From positions 32,001 to 96,000 of IMG/VR virus record IMGVR_UViG_3300031992_000021: DNA of 64,000 bases; one strand, given 5' to 3'. Origin of the DNA: a virus (taxonomy: Duplodnaviria > Caudoviricetes). Under the pieces are notes generated by a model that was not told the origin of the DNA, did no database searches, and worked only from the letters and a program-made list of their open reading frames with translations. Each line of letters begins with the position of its first letter. Position 1 is the first letter of the stretch. Position numbers and translations under genes: made by a program. Below are positions 8,791 to 17,159 of the stretch, piece by piece.

Positions 8791-9390
8791 CTAAAGAAGG
8801 CCTTCCTGCTGAATCGCAAGGTCTACCACTCCAGTCTTCTTGTCCGTCACGGCCACAATGCGGTGCCTGAGCCCGGTCTCCGAGTTTCTCGCGTACGGAT
8901 CGTGCGAGTTCTTAATGTCCGCCGGATTCTCCTCTCCGGCCGGCGTGAACTTCTCGGACGTTCCGTCGCGATAGGGTATGGAGTGCTGATCAGACGTAGG
9001 CATGTACTCGACAAGGAAGTTTCCGGACAGCTGCGTGTCGTATGAATACCTCATCCTGTCGCTTACGCGAAGGCTGAACATGTACGATCCGCGGCGAAGG
9101 GCCTTAGTCACCTCCCTTGGAATCTTCACATGGACTAGTCCTGCGTGGTGGTCGTCAGGGTACACTCCAGACATCCACTCCCCGGTCCATATGGGAGGCG
9201 AGAACTGGTTTTCAGAGAGGACGAACTCCACATGGCTGTTCTTTGGCGAAGCCGGACCGCAGTCTGCTGCGACAAGCCTCGCGTCGACAATCCACGTGTC
9301 TCCCGACACCACCTTGAGTACAGGCATCCTGTCCTCGCTTCGGAGAGGATTGACACCTGGCGGAACGGGCTTCATTCCCTTGACGAACAT
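8791..9390 (-). CDS. Baseplate/fibre adaptor protein (BppU-N-like) with the shared C-terminal module
   Basis: Start moved to ATG 9390 (AAGGAG SD). V.SGDT...G.V.V.IP...T..L..G.Y.F.L pattern. C-terminal YARNSETGLRHRI...IQQEG. Confidence 0.55.
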   Translation of the reverse strand: MFVKGMKPVPPGVNPLRSEDRMPVLKVVSGDTWIVDARLVAADCGPASPKNSHVEFVLSENQFSPPIWTGEWMSGVYPDDHHAGLVHVKIPREVTKALRRGSYMFSLRVSDRMRYSYDTQLSGNFLVEYMPTSDQHSIPYRDGTSEKFTPAGEENPADIKNSHDPYARNSETGLRHRIVAVTDKKTGVVDLAIQQEGLL

Positions 9391-9557
9391 CTCTCGGTCT
9401 CCTTCTTGGTCTTGAAAAGGAAGAACTTGCAGCTTTCGGCAATTCTTCCTGCGCATATCACCTGTGCGGTGACGGGGCAATACCTGCGACTGAAGTCATA
9501 ATCGGATATCCTTCCGCAGTTTCTGCATATCCTTGGCGGCTGTTTTTCATTCTGCAT
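9372..9557 (-). CDS. Small Cys-rich (putative Zn-binding) protein
   Basis: CxxC plus further Cys residues. AAGGA SD. Fills the gap between 9570 and 9390. Confidence 0.45.
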   Translation of the reverse strand: MQNEKQPPRICRNCGRISDYDFSRRYCPVTAQVICAGRIAESCKFFLFKTKKETERCSSRE

Positions 9558-9569
9558 CTAAAATCCTTT

Positions 9570-10184
9570 CTACGATGCTGACGAGCTCGACGAAGAGCTA
9601 GACGAAGAGCCCGACAGGTTCCTTATGCGGTCCAGGAGCACGCGAAGCGTACCCTTTACATCCTCAAGCGTATCCCCGTCCTGCACCGAGAGATCCGCAG
9701 CAAGAGCCGCCACGTCGGATTTCTTGACAAGCGACATTATTCCTCCGAGCGCGGCATCTATCATTTCGAGCTTGCCGACTACGGACTGGTCTAGCGATAT
9801 CTGTATGTACCTGCGCTCCTCGCCTGACGAGCTGTCGGTTACGTACACTTCATCGACAGAGACCTCGCCTTGGGTACCTCTAAGCGAGTTCAGCAAGTCT
9901 GCAGACCTGGACGCCGCTATTTCGGCGATCGTCTTTCCGCCAACCTTGAGCTCCCCGTCCACGTTCACGGTGTCGGCCTTAAGGTTGATGGCCTTGCCTC
10001 TACCGCCTCCCTTTGAGACTGTGAGCGTATCCCCTCCGTTCCCTCCGTAGTCGAGAACGGGGTTTTTGTCCGTTGACAGGATCCGCTTGACGAACTTCTT
10101 GTAGCGTCCGCCCTCGCGGACGTTGCCTGCCACGTCTATGAGGGCTCCTGTTGCGGAATCGACGACCAGTACAACTCTTGCCAT
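9570..10184 (-). CDS. Putative structural protein with a C-terminal poly-Ser tail
   Basis: AAGGAG SD. Directly downstream of the portal. Ends SGSSSSSSSSSSAS. Confidence 0.7.
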   Translation of the reverse strand: MARVVLVVDSATGALIDVAGNVREGGRYKKFVKRILSTDKNPVLDYGGNGGDTLTVSKGGGRGKAINLKADTVNVDGELKVGGKTIAEIAASRSADLLNSLRGTQGEVSVDEVYVTDSSSGEERRYIQISLDQSVVGKLEMIDAALGGIMSLVKKSDVAALAADLSVQDGDTLEDVKGTLRVLLDRIRNLSGSSSSSSSSSSAS

Positions 10185-10199
10185 GGCTGCTTGGACTCC

Positions 10200-12008
10200 T
10201 TACATTTGACCCTTCATCTGCTCGAGCATCATGGCTCCGCCCTGGCTTCTCGCCTGCGAACGGATGTCGTTCATGATTCCCATGACCTGGTCGTGCAGCG
10301 TCGGGTTGGACTGCTTGATCTTGATCAGCATTCCGCGGCGCTGCGAATCCGGCATCGCGAGGAGCTGCTGGGCGTATGCCTCGGCCTGAGCCCTCACGTC
10401 TCCAGGCGTTGCGCCTACGCTGCCTCCAGGAACCCCTGCTGCGTCGGCATCCTCGTCCTGCGGGCCGCCGTTGAGCTGCTGGGCCTGCTGGGCCGCCATG
10501 GCACGCTGCTGGATGTTCTGTATCTGCTGCTGCTCCGTGACGACCTTCTTCTGCTCGTCCATGTAGTCGAGGTCCGCGACCGTCCTGTAGGCCGTGCCCT
10601 TCGAGATGTCGCCTGCAGCGGCGGCCTGAAGCATGAGAGCCTTGCGCTCGATGTCGTCGGCGAGGGTTGTGGTCTGAAGGCTTCCGGTGATGTCGTCCCA
10701 GTGCAGGTGTCGTGCGATCTTGCCGAGGGACCAGTCAACGACGTCGTTGAAACCGTCTACCATGAACTGGTACTGCTTCTCGAACACGCGAATAGCGACC
10801 GGGGCAGTCTGCATCGTCAGCTTGCCGGTGTACATGTCCTCCGGATATCCGATCGCGTTGATGAGGTCTGTCATCGCCTGCTGGAGATTCTCCTTGGGGG
10901 CAAGCTGCTTTCCTTCCCCACCGAGCATCTGGTAGTTGATCGGGTAGGGTGCAATCTGGACGTCTGTGATGTTCTTTCGCTTTCGCTGGACCATCGCCTC
11001 CATCGCCGCCACGAACCCCCTCATCGACGCCATGGTGAGCGCGTCCTGTCCGTCAACGTTGTTCTGCGGGCTTGGCGATATCACGCGGAACGGGGTTATG
11101 AAATCCATCGCGATCGCCTCGTCGTACCTTCGCATGAGCTGGACATAGTATGCGAGCTTTAGGTACGGCAGAAGAGGAGGCATTCCCCATCCGTACATCT
11201 CGATCCCGGCGAGGGCGGGCACTTTTATGTGAAGGATGCTGTCGTCCTTGAACTTGAAGAGCGGAGTGCCAAGCCCCATCCTCGTGCAGCATGCCTCGAT
11301 GAAGTCCCACGGGGCTTCGTCGACATAGAACCGGTCGACGATCTTTCCAGACGTGATGTGGGATACGAGCTTGTCTTCGTCGAGGCGGTAGTAGTATTCG
11401 GTCTTTCCGGAAACGGGATGCACCCTGAGCTCGAAGCGCTTGGGGTTCCACCTGCGGATGCAGATGCGCGACTGGTCCGGCGAAGGGTAGTCGAACCGGT
11501 TGAACGTGACCTTTTCGCCGCATCTGTAGCATTTGCCGGAGAAGGTCATCGTTCTGGGATCGAACCTGTAGTCTATCTTCTTCGCCATGTACCTCGTTCC
11601 GCATTTCGGGCACGTGAGCACGCGCTCGAACGGAAGGTAGACGCTCACAAACGAGTTCCCGTACACGAGGAGGTCGTTTCCGATCTCACCCAGGCGGTCG
11701 AGAAGATGCAGCTGCCGGCGTATGAACTTCTCGTACTTCTCCTTGTTGGCGCCGGACGCGCCTGTGATGCCTATGCTCGTCAGAAAGTACCTCACCACGC
11801 GGTTCGTCACGGACGCGAACGGAGGAGTCGTCGTCATCATGTACTCGCTGATGGTGAAAGCGTCGTATATGTTAGTCGGGAGAAGCGAGCCGAGCACGTC
11901 GTCGAAGATGTCGGGGAGGTTCTGGGCGTTCTCCCTCGATATCCCGGCCGCTCCGGTCGTCCCACCGAACACGCGTGCGAGCCCGTAGTTCTGCGTGAAT
12001 CCGGTCAT
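10200..12008 (-). CDS. Portal protein with a Zn-ribbon insertion
   Basis: 602 aa. IGNDLLVYGNSF, ILHIK.P...YGWGMP portal-like motifs. CPKC...CYRC insert. Q/A-rich C-terminus. Confidence 0.75.
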   Translation of the reverse strand: MTGFTQNYGLARVFGGTTGAAGISRENAQNLPDIFDDVLGSLLPTNIYDAFTISEYMMTTTPPFASVTNRVVRYFLTSIGITGASGANKEKYEKFIRRQLHLLDRLGEIGNDLLVYGNSFVSVYLPFERVLTCPKCGTRYMAKKIDYRFDPRTMTFSGKCYRCGEKVTFNRFDYPSPDQSRICIRRWNPKRFELRVHPVSGKTEYYYRLDEDKLVSHITSGKIVDRFYVDEAPWDFIEACCTRMGLGTPLFKFKDDSILHIKVPALAGIEMYGWGMPPLLPYLKLAYYVQLMRRYDEAIAMDFITPFRVISPSPQNNVDGQDALTMASMRGFVAAMEAMVQRKRKNITDVQIAPYPINYQMLGGEGKQLAPKENLQQAMTDLINAIGYPEDMYTGKLTMQTAPVAIRVFEKQYQFMVDGFNDVVDWSLGKIARHLHWDDITGSLQTTTLADDIERKALMLQAAAAGDISKGTAYRTVADLDYMDEQKKVVTEQQQIQNIQQRAMAAQQAQQLNGGPQDEDADAAGVPGGSVGATPGDVRAQAEAYAQQLLAMPDSQRRGMLIKIKQSNPTLHDQVMGIMNDIRSQARSQGGAMMLEQMKGQM

Positions 12009-12009
12009 G

Positions 12010-12207
12010 TCACACCATCCTGTCAGATTTCTCGTCCTCCGCCAAGGCCTTCTTCTCGAAAGAAGTCACGGAAGCGTCAGAAGCCTTCTTGACGCGTCCC
12101 TGGCCGAACGCCTTTGCGCCGGCGGCCAGGACGTCGTCGATGTCGGACGCACCCTCCATAGGCGTCCTCGAGCTTGTCACAAAATTTCTCTTCTCCATCA
12201 TGGTCAA
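12010..12207 (-). CDS. Small hypothetical protein (K-x-A motifs)
   Basis: AAGGAGG SD. Fits between neighbours. VKKAS, EKKAL. Confidence 0.6.
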   Translation of the reverse strand: MTMMEKRNFVTSSRTPMEGASDIDDVLAAGAKAFGQGRVKKASDASVTSFEKKALAEDEKSDRMV

Positions 12208-12217
12208 CCTCCTTCTT

Positions 12218-13546
12218 TTATGCAGACCTTATCACAAGCCTGCCATCTTCCACAGATACTGCATATTCAGTTCCAGAATCCGGATCGTACACGGTCATCA
12301 CGTCTACGGGATCCGAGGACGAGCTTTCGTCGTCGGCTCCGGCGATGTACATTCTGCCGTTCGACACTCCAAGCATGTAGAGCGCACCGTTCACCGTGTC
12401 ACGAAGAAGAACCACGCTGTCCGGAGGCCTTGGCGGAGTGGCGGATCCGTCGGACACCACGAGATATCCGTACGCGTCGATCTCTATCCTGTATCCTCCG
12501 AGAGCCAGAGAGTCCATCCGCAGCTCCTTCGTGCGAACGGAATCTGCGACAACCGTCTTCGCCGTGACCGAATCGGCAACGATGTTCTTGCCGCGGTCGA
12601 AAAGTCTCTTTATGCTCTCCACCAACACCCTGTCGCGCATCCTGAGGTCGAATACGCCGAAGCTGTCTCCGCTCGAAGAGGTCTCTGACACGTCGACGAA
12701 CGACGACGAGTCGATGTCTATCCCGGAGCTGTCAGCCGTTATCTTGGAGATCCTGACCTTGCGCCGGCCAAGACGTCCGACTGCATCTTTTACGGTATCG
12801 CCCTTGACTCCGGAGGTGTTTCCGATGCGCGAGTCCTCGGACAGGAATGCGACAGTGCCGGCGTTTGTCGAATCGACGCGGCAGTCCGAAGCGATCGACA
12901 CCTTTGACCCGGAACCGACGCTGAGCTGGTGGACGTAGGTCTTTCCGATGACGACGGCGTCGGCTCCGGTGGATACCGATATCTCGCCCGCCATGTATAC
13001 GTTCTGCAGGAACAGGACCGGGCGCCTTCCTCCAGAAGCGGAGGACATGCCGTGTATCGAGAACGTCGTTATGTTAGACGCGAAAATGCAGTTTCCTGTT
13101 CCGATGAGGTATACGCTCAGAGGAGAACGTCCTGACGGGAATCTCATCTCCGTGTCTTCGTACTTGCCCGGAGCCAGCACGAACGCGACGTATTTTCCAG
13201 ACTTCGCGTCTTCGGTAGGAGAGAAGTTGGCCGCGGCCTCATCTATGCTCTTGAACGGAGCCACGACCGATCCGACCCTAAGCCTTGTGCTTCCGTCCGC
13301 CGCATATTCCTCAACGTCCGTGTACGGGTCGACGTATGCGACGTTCGACAGCGTCGGAATCGATATCTGGGCCGCCTCTGGCGGAATGAAATTCGCGTTA
13401 AGCCTTCCATTGGCGTCGAGTACCGGCAGGAAACCTTCGTATTTCGACGCATCCTCGCCTGCCGGTATGAACGATATCGCGCCCTTCACCCCAAGAGAGG
13501 CTATGATGTTTGCGGCCGTGGGAGTCTTCTGTGTTGCTTCAGCCAT
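12218..13546 (-). CDS. Tail spike/fibre-like beta-helix protein
   Basis: LPVLDANGRL...IP fibre motif. YVDP...GS..APFKSI..A...LAPG.Y (pectin-lyase/DUF1565-like start). Two C-terminal D..(N/S)G..Y...V..GR hairpins. Ser tracts. Confidence 0.6.
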   Translation of the reverse strand: MAEATQKTPTAANIIASLGVKGAISFIPAGEDASKYEGFLPVLDANGRLNANFIPPEAAQISIPTLSNVAYVDPYTDVEEYAADGSTRLRVGSVVAPFKSIDEAAANFSPTEDAKSGKYVAFVLAPGKYEDTEMRFPSGRSPLSVYLIGTGNCIFASNITTFSIHGMSSASGGRRPVLFLQNVYMAGEISVSTGADAVVIGKTYVHQLSVGSGSKVSIASDCRVDSTNAGTVAFLSEDSRIGNTSGVKGDTVKDAVGRLGRRKVRISKITADSSGIDIDSSSFVDVSETSSSGDSFGVFDLRMRDRVLVESIKRLFDRGKNIVADSVTAKTVVADSVRTKELRMDSLALGGYRIEIDAYGYLVVSDGSATPPRPPDSVVLLRDTVNGALYMLGVSNGRMYIAGADDESSSSDPVDVMTVYDPDSGTEYAVSVEDGRLVIRSA

Positions 13547-14033
13547 TTTCCGGCTCCTTCCTCAGCTCCCTGGTGACAAGCTTGAATCCATCCTCGATTC
13601 CGTGCTTCTTGAAAAATCCCTTTTTGACTTCTACGGCCGACGCTGCGTTTTCATCGTATTCGTAGTGCTCCTTGCCGCCATCGGCCTCCATCGTGCATAT
13701 CTTGACGATGATCCCATCCTTGTCCATGAATGCTATGTCGAGAGGAATAAGGCATCCCTTCATCCAGAAATAGCCTCCTCCGGACAGCCCCTCGAACAGC
13801 ATTCCGCAGACAGACGGAAGATCCTTCCGTCCCATGAGTCCGTGCATTCTGGACTCTGGCGTGTCCGCAACCTCCAGAAGGATGCTCGTTATGGAGTCCT
13901 CTTCGTCCTTGAACGTCCCTACCCTGGAAATCCTTACAGGAGGGCGAGGGTTTATCTCCGGTGCGCCCTTGATCTTGGCGACGCCAGAGATGCGCTTCGT
14001 CATCGAAGCACCCTTATGGAAGAAGTCTATCAC
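13539..14033 (-). CDS. DUF192-family protein
   Basis: LEVADTPESR..GLM.R..L...GMLF...FWMK...IPLDIAF.D..G...AVEV..G is the DUF192 signature. Confidence 0.85.
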   Translation of the reverse strand: MIDFFHKGASMTKRISGVAKIKGAPEINPRPPVRISRVGTFKDEEDSITSILLEVADTPESRMHGLMGRKDLPSVCGMLFEGLSGGGYFWMKGCLIPLDIAFMDKDGIIVKICTMEADGGKEHYEYDENAASAVEVKKGFFKKHGIEDGFKLVTRELRKEPENG

Positions 14034-14743
14034 GACGCACCCTCTGTGTCTTCGTGCAACGCCCTCATGACCCCCTTTTCAAGCACCACGTCGTCCACAT
14101 TCGAGAGGCCCGGAAGGGAATCGAGCTGCTTCAGGCATATTACGATTCGACGCTTCAGAAGGTAGTCTATGTTGGCGATGTTGTTTTCAGCGGCGGTAGG
14201 AAGCTCGGACTCTGGACGTCCAATCAGGTCGGAGAGCTGGCTGCGCACTTTCACGTCCGACGGCTTGCGGTCGAACACGCATGAGAATATTGGCGGAAAC
14301 TGCTCGTCGTCGTAGCCGTCCTTGATGATCGACAGCCTCACGAGCTCCTGTACGGACGGAGCGAACGGAAGCATGTCCCGGTTCATTCCGACCGTCGCTA
14401 TCGCAACTGCCATCTCCTCCGCCTTGAGCGGAGTGAACGTCTGGAAGAACGGCTGTCCGTTGGCTATCGTGTTGACGATGTTCCTGAACGCGTCAACCCT
14501 CCTGAAGAAGTCGCCGGTGCCCATGACGATCTGCATGGCGCATATCTTGTCCATGACCTCGCTTGCCGGAGTGACGCCGAAGTCGTCCTGAATCTCCATC
14601 TGTATCGTGAGAGGATCCCAGTCGAGGGCCTCCTCTCCGTACTTTGAGAGCACCATGGCGTTTAGCACCGTGGCGTCGGCCTCGGGATTCTCCCACATTT
14701 CGCGCCATGCGGCCGAATCTACGGTTTCGTCGGGAAAAGGCAT
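14030..14743 (-). CDS. Hypothetical phage protein
   Basis: Long ORF translationally coupled to both neighbours. Confidence 0.7.
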   Translation of the reverse strand: MPFPDETVDSAAWREMWENPEADATVLNAMVLSKYGEEALDWDPLTIQMEIQDDFGVTPASEVMDKICAMQIVMGTGDFFRRVDAFRNIVNTIANGQPFFQTFTPLKAEEMAVAIATVGMNRDMLPFAPSVQELVRLSIIKDGYDDEQFPPIFSCVFDRKPSDVKVRSQLSDLIGRPESELPTAAENNIANIDYLLKRRIVICLKQLDSLPGLSNVDDVVLEKGVMRALHEDTEGAS

Positions 14744-15880
14744 TTAGTCCTCCTTTTCCCCGGAATCTCCTTTTCCGCCTTCGTCTTCGTCGTCTTCAAC
14801 GTCGGTCACTCCGTCGGTGAAATCCTTGATCGTCTTCTTGAGATGGGACGATTCGGGCGACTTGAGGCTGATGATCGTGACGGACAGCTTCTTGGGGCTT
14901 ATCTTGCCGTCTTCCATCATGCCGTCCACCATATCCTTAGGAAGCACCTTCTCGAAGAGCGACCTCGGAAGTCCGGCAAGTGCTTTTGCCGAGAACGTGT
15001 CGCCACCCATCGGGACGGCGTCGTCAACGACCTCCTTCATGGCGCTCAGCGGAATGTCGAACACAACCTCCTCCGGGGCGCAGAACTTGCGTCCATAGCA
15101 GTCGTCGATGCCGGTTATCTCGTCCATGCCGGCAATCGCGTCGAACAGACCTTCGCGGTTCCTGTCGAGATCCTCGTCAGAGCATACGCAAACCTCCTTG
15201 GCGAACTTGCACAGCTCCGAGGCCATCTTGTACGTCCCGCGGCGCATGAGTTCGTTTGCGCGGAAAAGCAGGTTCTCGGCAAGCGTCTCGCGGTTCGGAA
15301 AACCGTCGCCGGCGGAGAGGCGAACCTGCTCTGCGGCCTTGACGCCGTATTCGGCGCACTTCTTCAGGATGTTCTTCGCGATAGACATGCGGCGCTCGTG
15401 CCCGTACTTGTACGCGTTGCGGGAGAAGAACTCGCTGGCAAGCTCTGCGCCCTTCTTGTCGAAGACGGGATATCCCTTGTGGTCTGGATCGCAGTAGTTG
15501 CCTGGATCCTCGGCCTTTTTCTCGGTCTCATCAGATGCCGACGATGCAATCTTGGACATGAGATCGTCGACTTCCTTTCCGATTCCGTAGATGTCTGCCG
15601 CACGCTTGATGCGGGAAAGCACGAAGTCATGCTCGACCTTGGAGTATCCGCATTCGGACGCGGTCTTCGCGAAATAGCCGGCCGAGGCCCAGGTATTGGC
15701 CTTGTCCGTAAGAGGGAACCTCCTGTGGACGCGGTCTGCGAAAGACGTATCGGGAAGGGCTTCGGCCTCCTTGCAGTCCACAAGAGTGCCGTCGACCAGA
15801 TAGTCAGGCATGCCGGCTTCCCCTGCCGTCTTTACGATGCCCCACAAGGTGCGAAGCGAATTGTCGGTTGTAGAGTCCAT
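14744..15880 (-). CDS. Putative head/internal protein with two internal repeats (DUF6582-like) and K-x-A motifs
   Basis: LPDTSFA...RRFPL.D..N...SA.YF and a second YC.....YP.F......A..FF copy. IVKTA, FAKTA, MSKIA, EKKA, YKMA. Confidence 0.6.
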   Translation of the reverse strand: MDSTTDNSLRTLWGIVKTAGEAGMPDYLVDGTLVDCKEAEALPDTSFADRVHRRFPLTDKANTWASAGYFAKTASECGYSKVEHDFVLSRIKRAADIYGIGKEVDDLMSKIASSASDETEKKAEDPGNYCDPDHKGYPVFDKKGAELASEFFSRNAYKYGHERRMSIAKNILKKCAEYGVKAAEQVRLSAGDGFPNRETLAENLLFRANELMRRGTYKMASELCKFAKEVCVCSDEDLDRNREGLFDAIAGMDEITGIDDCYGRKFCAPEEVVFDIPLSAMKEVVDDAVPMGGDTFSAKALAGLPRSLFEKVLPKDMVDGMMEDGKISPKKLSVTIISLKSPESSHLKKTIKDFTDGVTDVEDDEDEGGKGDSGEKED

Positions 15881-15918
15881 AGGGTCCTGTTCTCCTTAGA
15901 TTCTTTTGAGTTGGTAAT

Positions 15919-15947
15919 ATAATATCATTTTAGAGTTGAGGCGGCAA
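15919..15947 (-). promoter_or_regulatory. Sigma70-type promoter TTGCCG-N17-TATTAT with TG extension
   Basis: In the AT-rich divergent intergenic region upstream of 15880. Confidence 0.6.
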
Positions 15948-15958
15948 TGTCGCCTTTG

Positions 15959-15987
15959 TTGATAAATGACTGTGCGTGTGGTAGAAT
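15959..15987 (+). promoter_or_regulatory. Sigma70-type promoter TTGATA-N17-TAGAAT with TG extension
   Basis: Drives the plus-strand unit. ATG 15994 lies 6 nt after the -10 box (leaderless geometry). Confidence 0.65.
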
Positions 15988-15993
15988 ATCTGC

Positions 15994-16206
15994 ATGAACA
16001 TCGTCTCAAAATCACCGCTACGCTACTTTCAGCGCCATGGCAGAGGACGCCACGACGCGATCGACTACGCAAGGGCTGGCAGGAAGGACCCGTTCCGAAA
16101 CGGGCAGGTATGCTTCCAGCCGCGGCTTGGGATGCACCTCAACACGATCGACCGCATGATATCCAAGCCGTGCGAGACGAAGAAAAAGCTCAGGAATATG
16201 TACTAA
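15994..16206 (+). CDS. Small basic hypothetical protein (probably leaderless)
   Basis: The ATG sits at the predicted transcription start. Co-oriented with 16225..16464. Confidence 0.45.
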   Translation: MNIVSKSPLRYFQRHGRGRHDAIDYARAGRKDPFRNGQVCFQPRLGMHLNTIDRMISKPCETKKKLRNMY

Positions 16207-16224
16207 ATTCTCAAGGAGCTCGAA

Positions 16225-16464
16225 ATGCCAGCAAAATCCAAGTCGCAGCAGAGGCTGTTCGGTATAGTCCATGCAATCCAGAAAGGCGAAGTACGCCCAG
16301 GACGGTTCTCCAAGAAGATCCGCGACATGGCGAAAAGGGTTGATCCAGGAGACGCAAAGGACTTTGCGTCAACCAAGACAAAGGGTCTCCCGGAGAAAAA
16401 GGCGTCGTATCTCGAAAGGGCTTTCGCCCTCGGCTTCCTCTCCGGGATGTCGGATTCCGTTTAG
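16225..16464 (+). CDS. Small basic phage protein (DUF3008-like)
   Basis: MPAKSKSQQRLFG...KDFASTKTKGLPEKK pattern. AAGGAG SD. Confidence 0.7.
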   Translation: MPAKSKSQQRLFGIVHAIQKGEVRPGRFSKKIRDMAKRVDPGDAKDFASTKTKGLPEKKASYLERAFALGFLSGMSDSV

Positions 16465-16742
16465 GACTTCCGGACTTTCCTGAAGGCATTGTTTTCCTTC
16501 AGGATGGCCGAGACGCGCCTGTCGTCCATGTGGATGGATCTGGCGATCTTCCGGATGTTGTATCCCTGCCTGCGGAGGTTGAGGATCGTTTCTTCCGTCA
16601 TGCAGTCGATAATGGTGTTCGCCGCACGGAAGATGTTGATGAAGTCCAGATTGTTCCTTTTCTCCATCGCCTTGAGAAGCTTCATGGACTTCTCGATCTG
16701 CTCAACGTCCTTCTTTGGATATCTGCCTTTGTTGGTGTACAT
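16461..16742 (-). CDS. Helix-turn-helix DNA-binding protein
   Basis: ILNLRRQGYNIRKIARSIHMDDRRVSAILKE is an HTH. AAGGAG SD. Confidence 0.65.
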   Translation of the reverse strand: MYTNKGRYPKKDVEQIEKSMKLLKAMEKRNNLDFINIFRAANTIIDCMTEETILNLRRQGYNIRKIARSIHMDDRRVSAILKENNAFRKVRKS

Positions 16743-16766
16743 GACTTGCTCCTTTTTTGTGATACA

Positions 16767-17135
16767 TCACTTCTCTTCGACTACAGCCTGCTCGTCCTGA
16801 GCCTCTGAAGACCTCTGCTTCTTAGACTGCCTGGCGTTCTTGTCTCGCTCCTTCTTGAGCGCGTCCTTGAGAGAGTCAACCTCTGCAGCGAACTCTCTCT
16901 TGATCCGGGCAATCTCGGCGTTGAGCCTGTCGATGTCCTTGTTCGCGGATTCGAGCGACGCCATGGCGGCAGAAAGATTGGCGTTGAGTTCGTTCACCTT
17001 TCGCCTGTATTCCATGATCTGCTCGTGCTGGCGCATTGCATCTCCGTGGAGATTGAGCGCCGCGATCCTCGGCTTGGTCGGAGACATAGGCGGCTTTTTC
17101 GAGCCTCCGATGTCTATTACTGCATCTATCACCAT
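16767..17135 (-). CDS. Coiled-coil protein
   Basis: Continuous heptad pattern across the central region. Confidence 0.6.
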   Translation of the reverse strand: MVIDAVIDIGGSKKPPMSPTKPRIAALNLHGDAMRQHEQIMEYRRKVNELNANLSAAMASLESANKDIDRLNAEIARIKREFAAEVDSLKDALKKERDKNARQSKKQRSSEAQDEQAVVEEK

Positions 17136-17159
17136 GTTCTCTTCCTCCTGTTTGGCATG

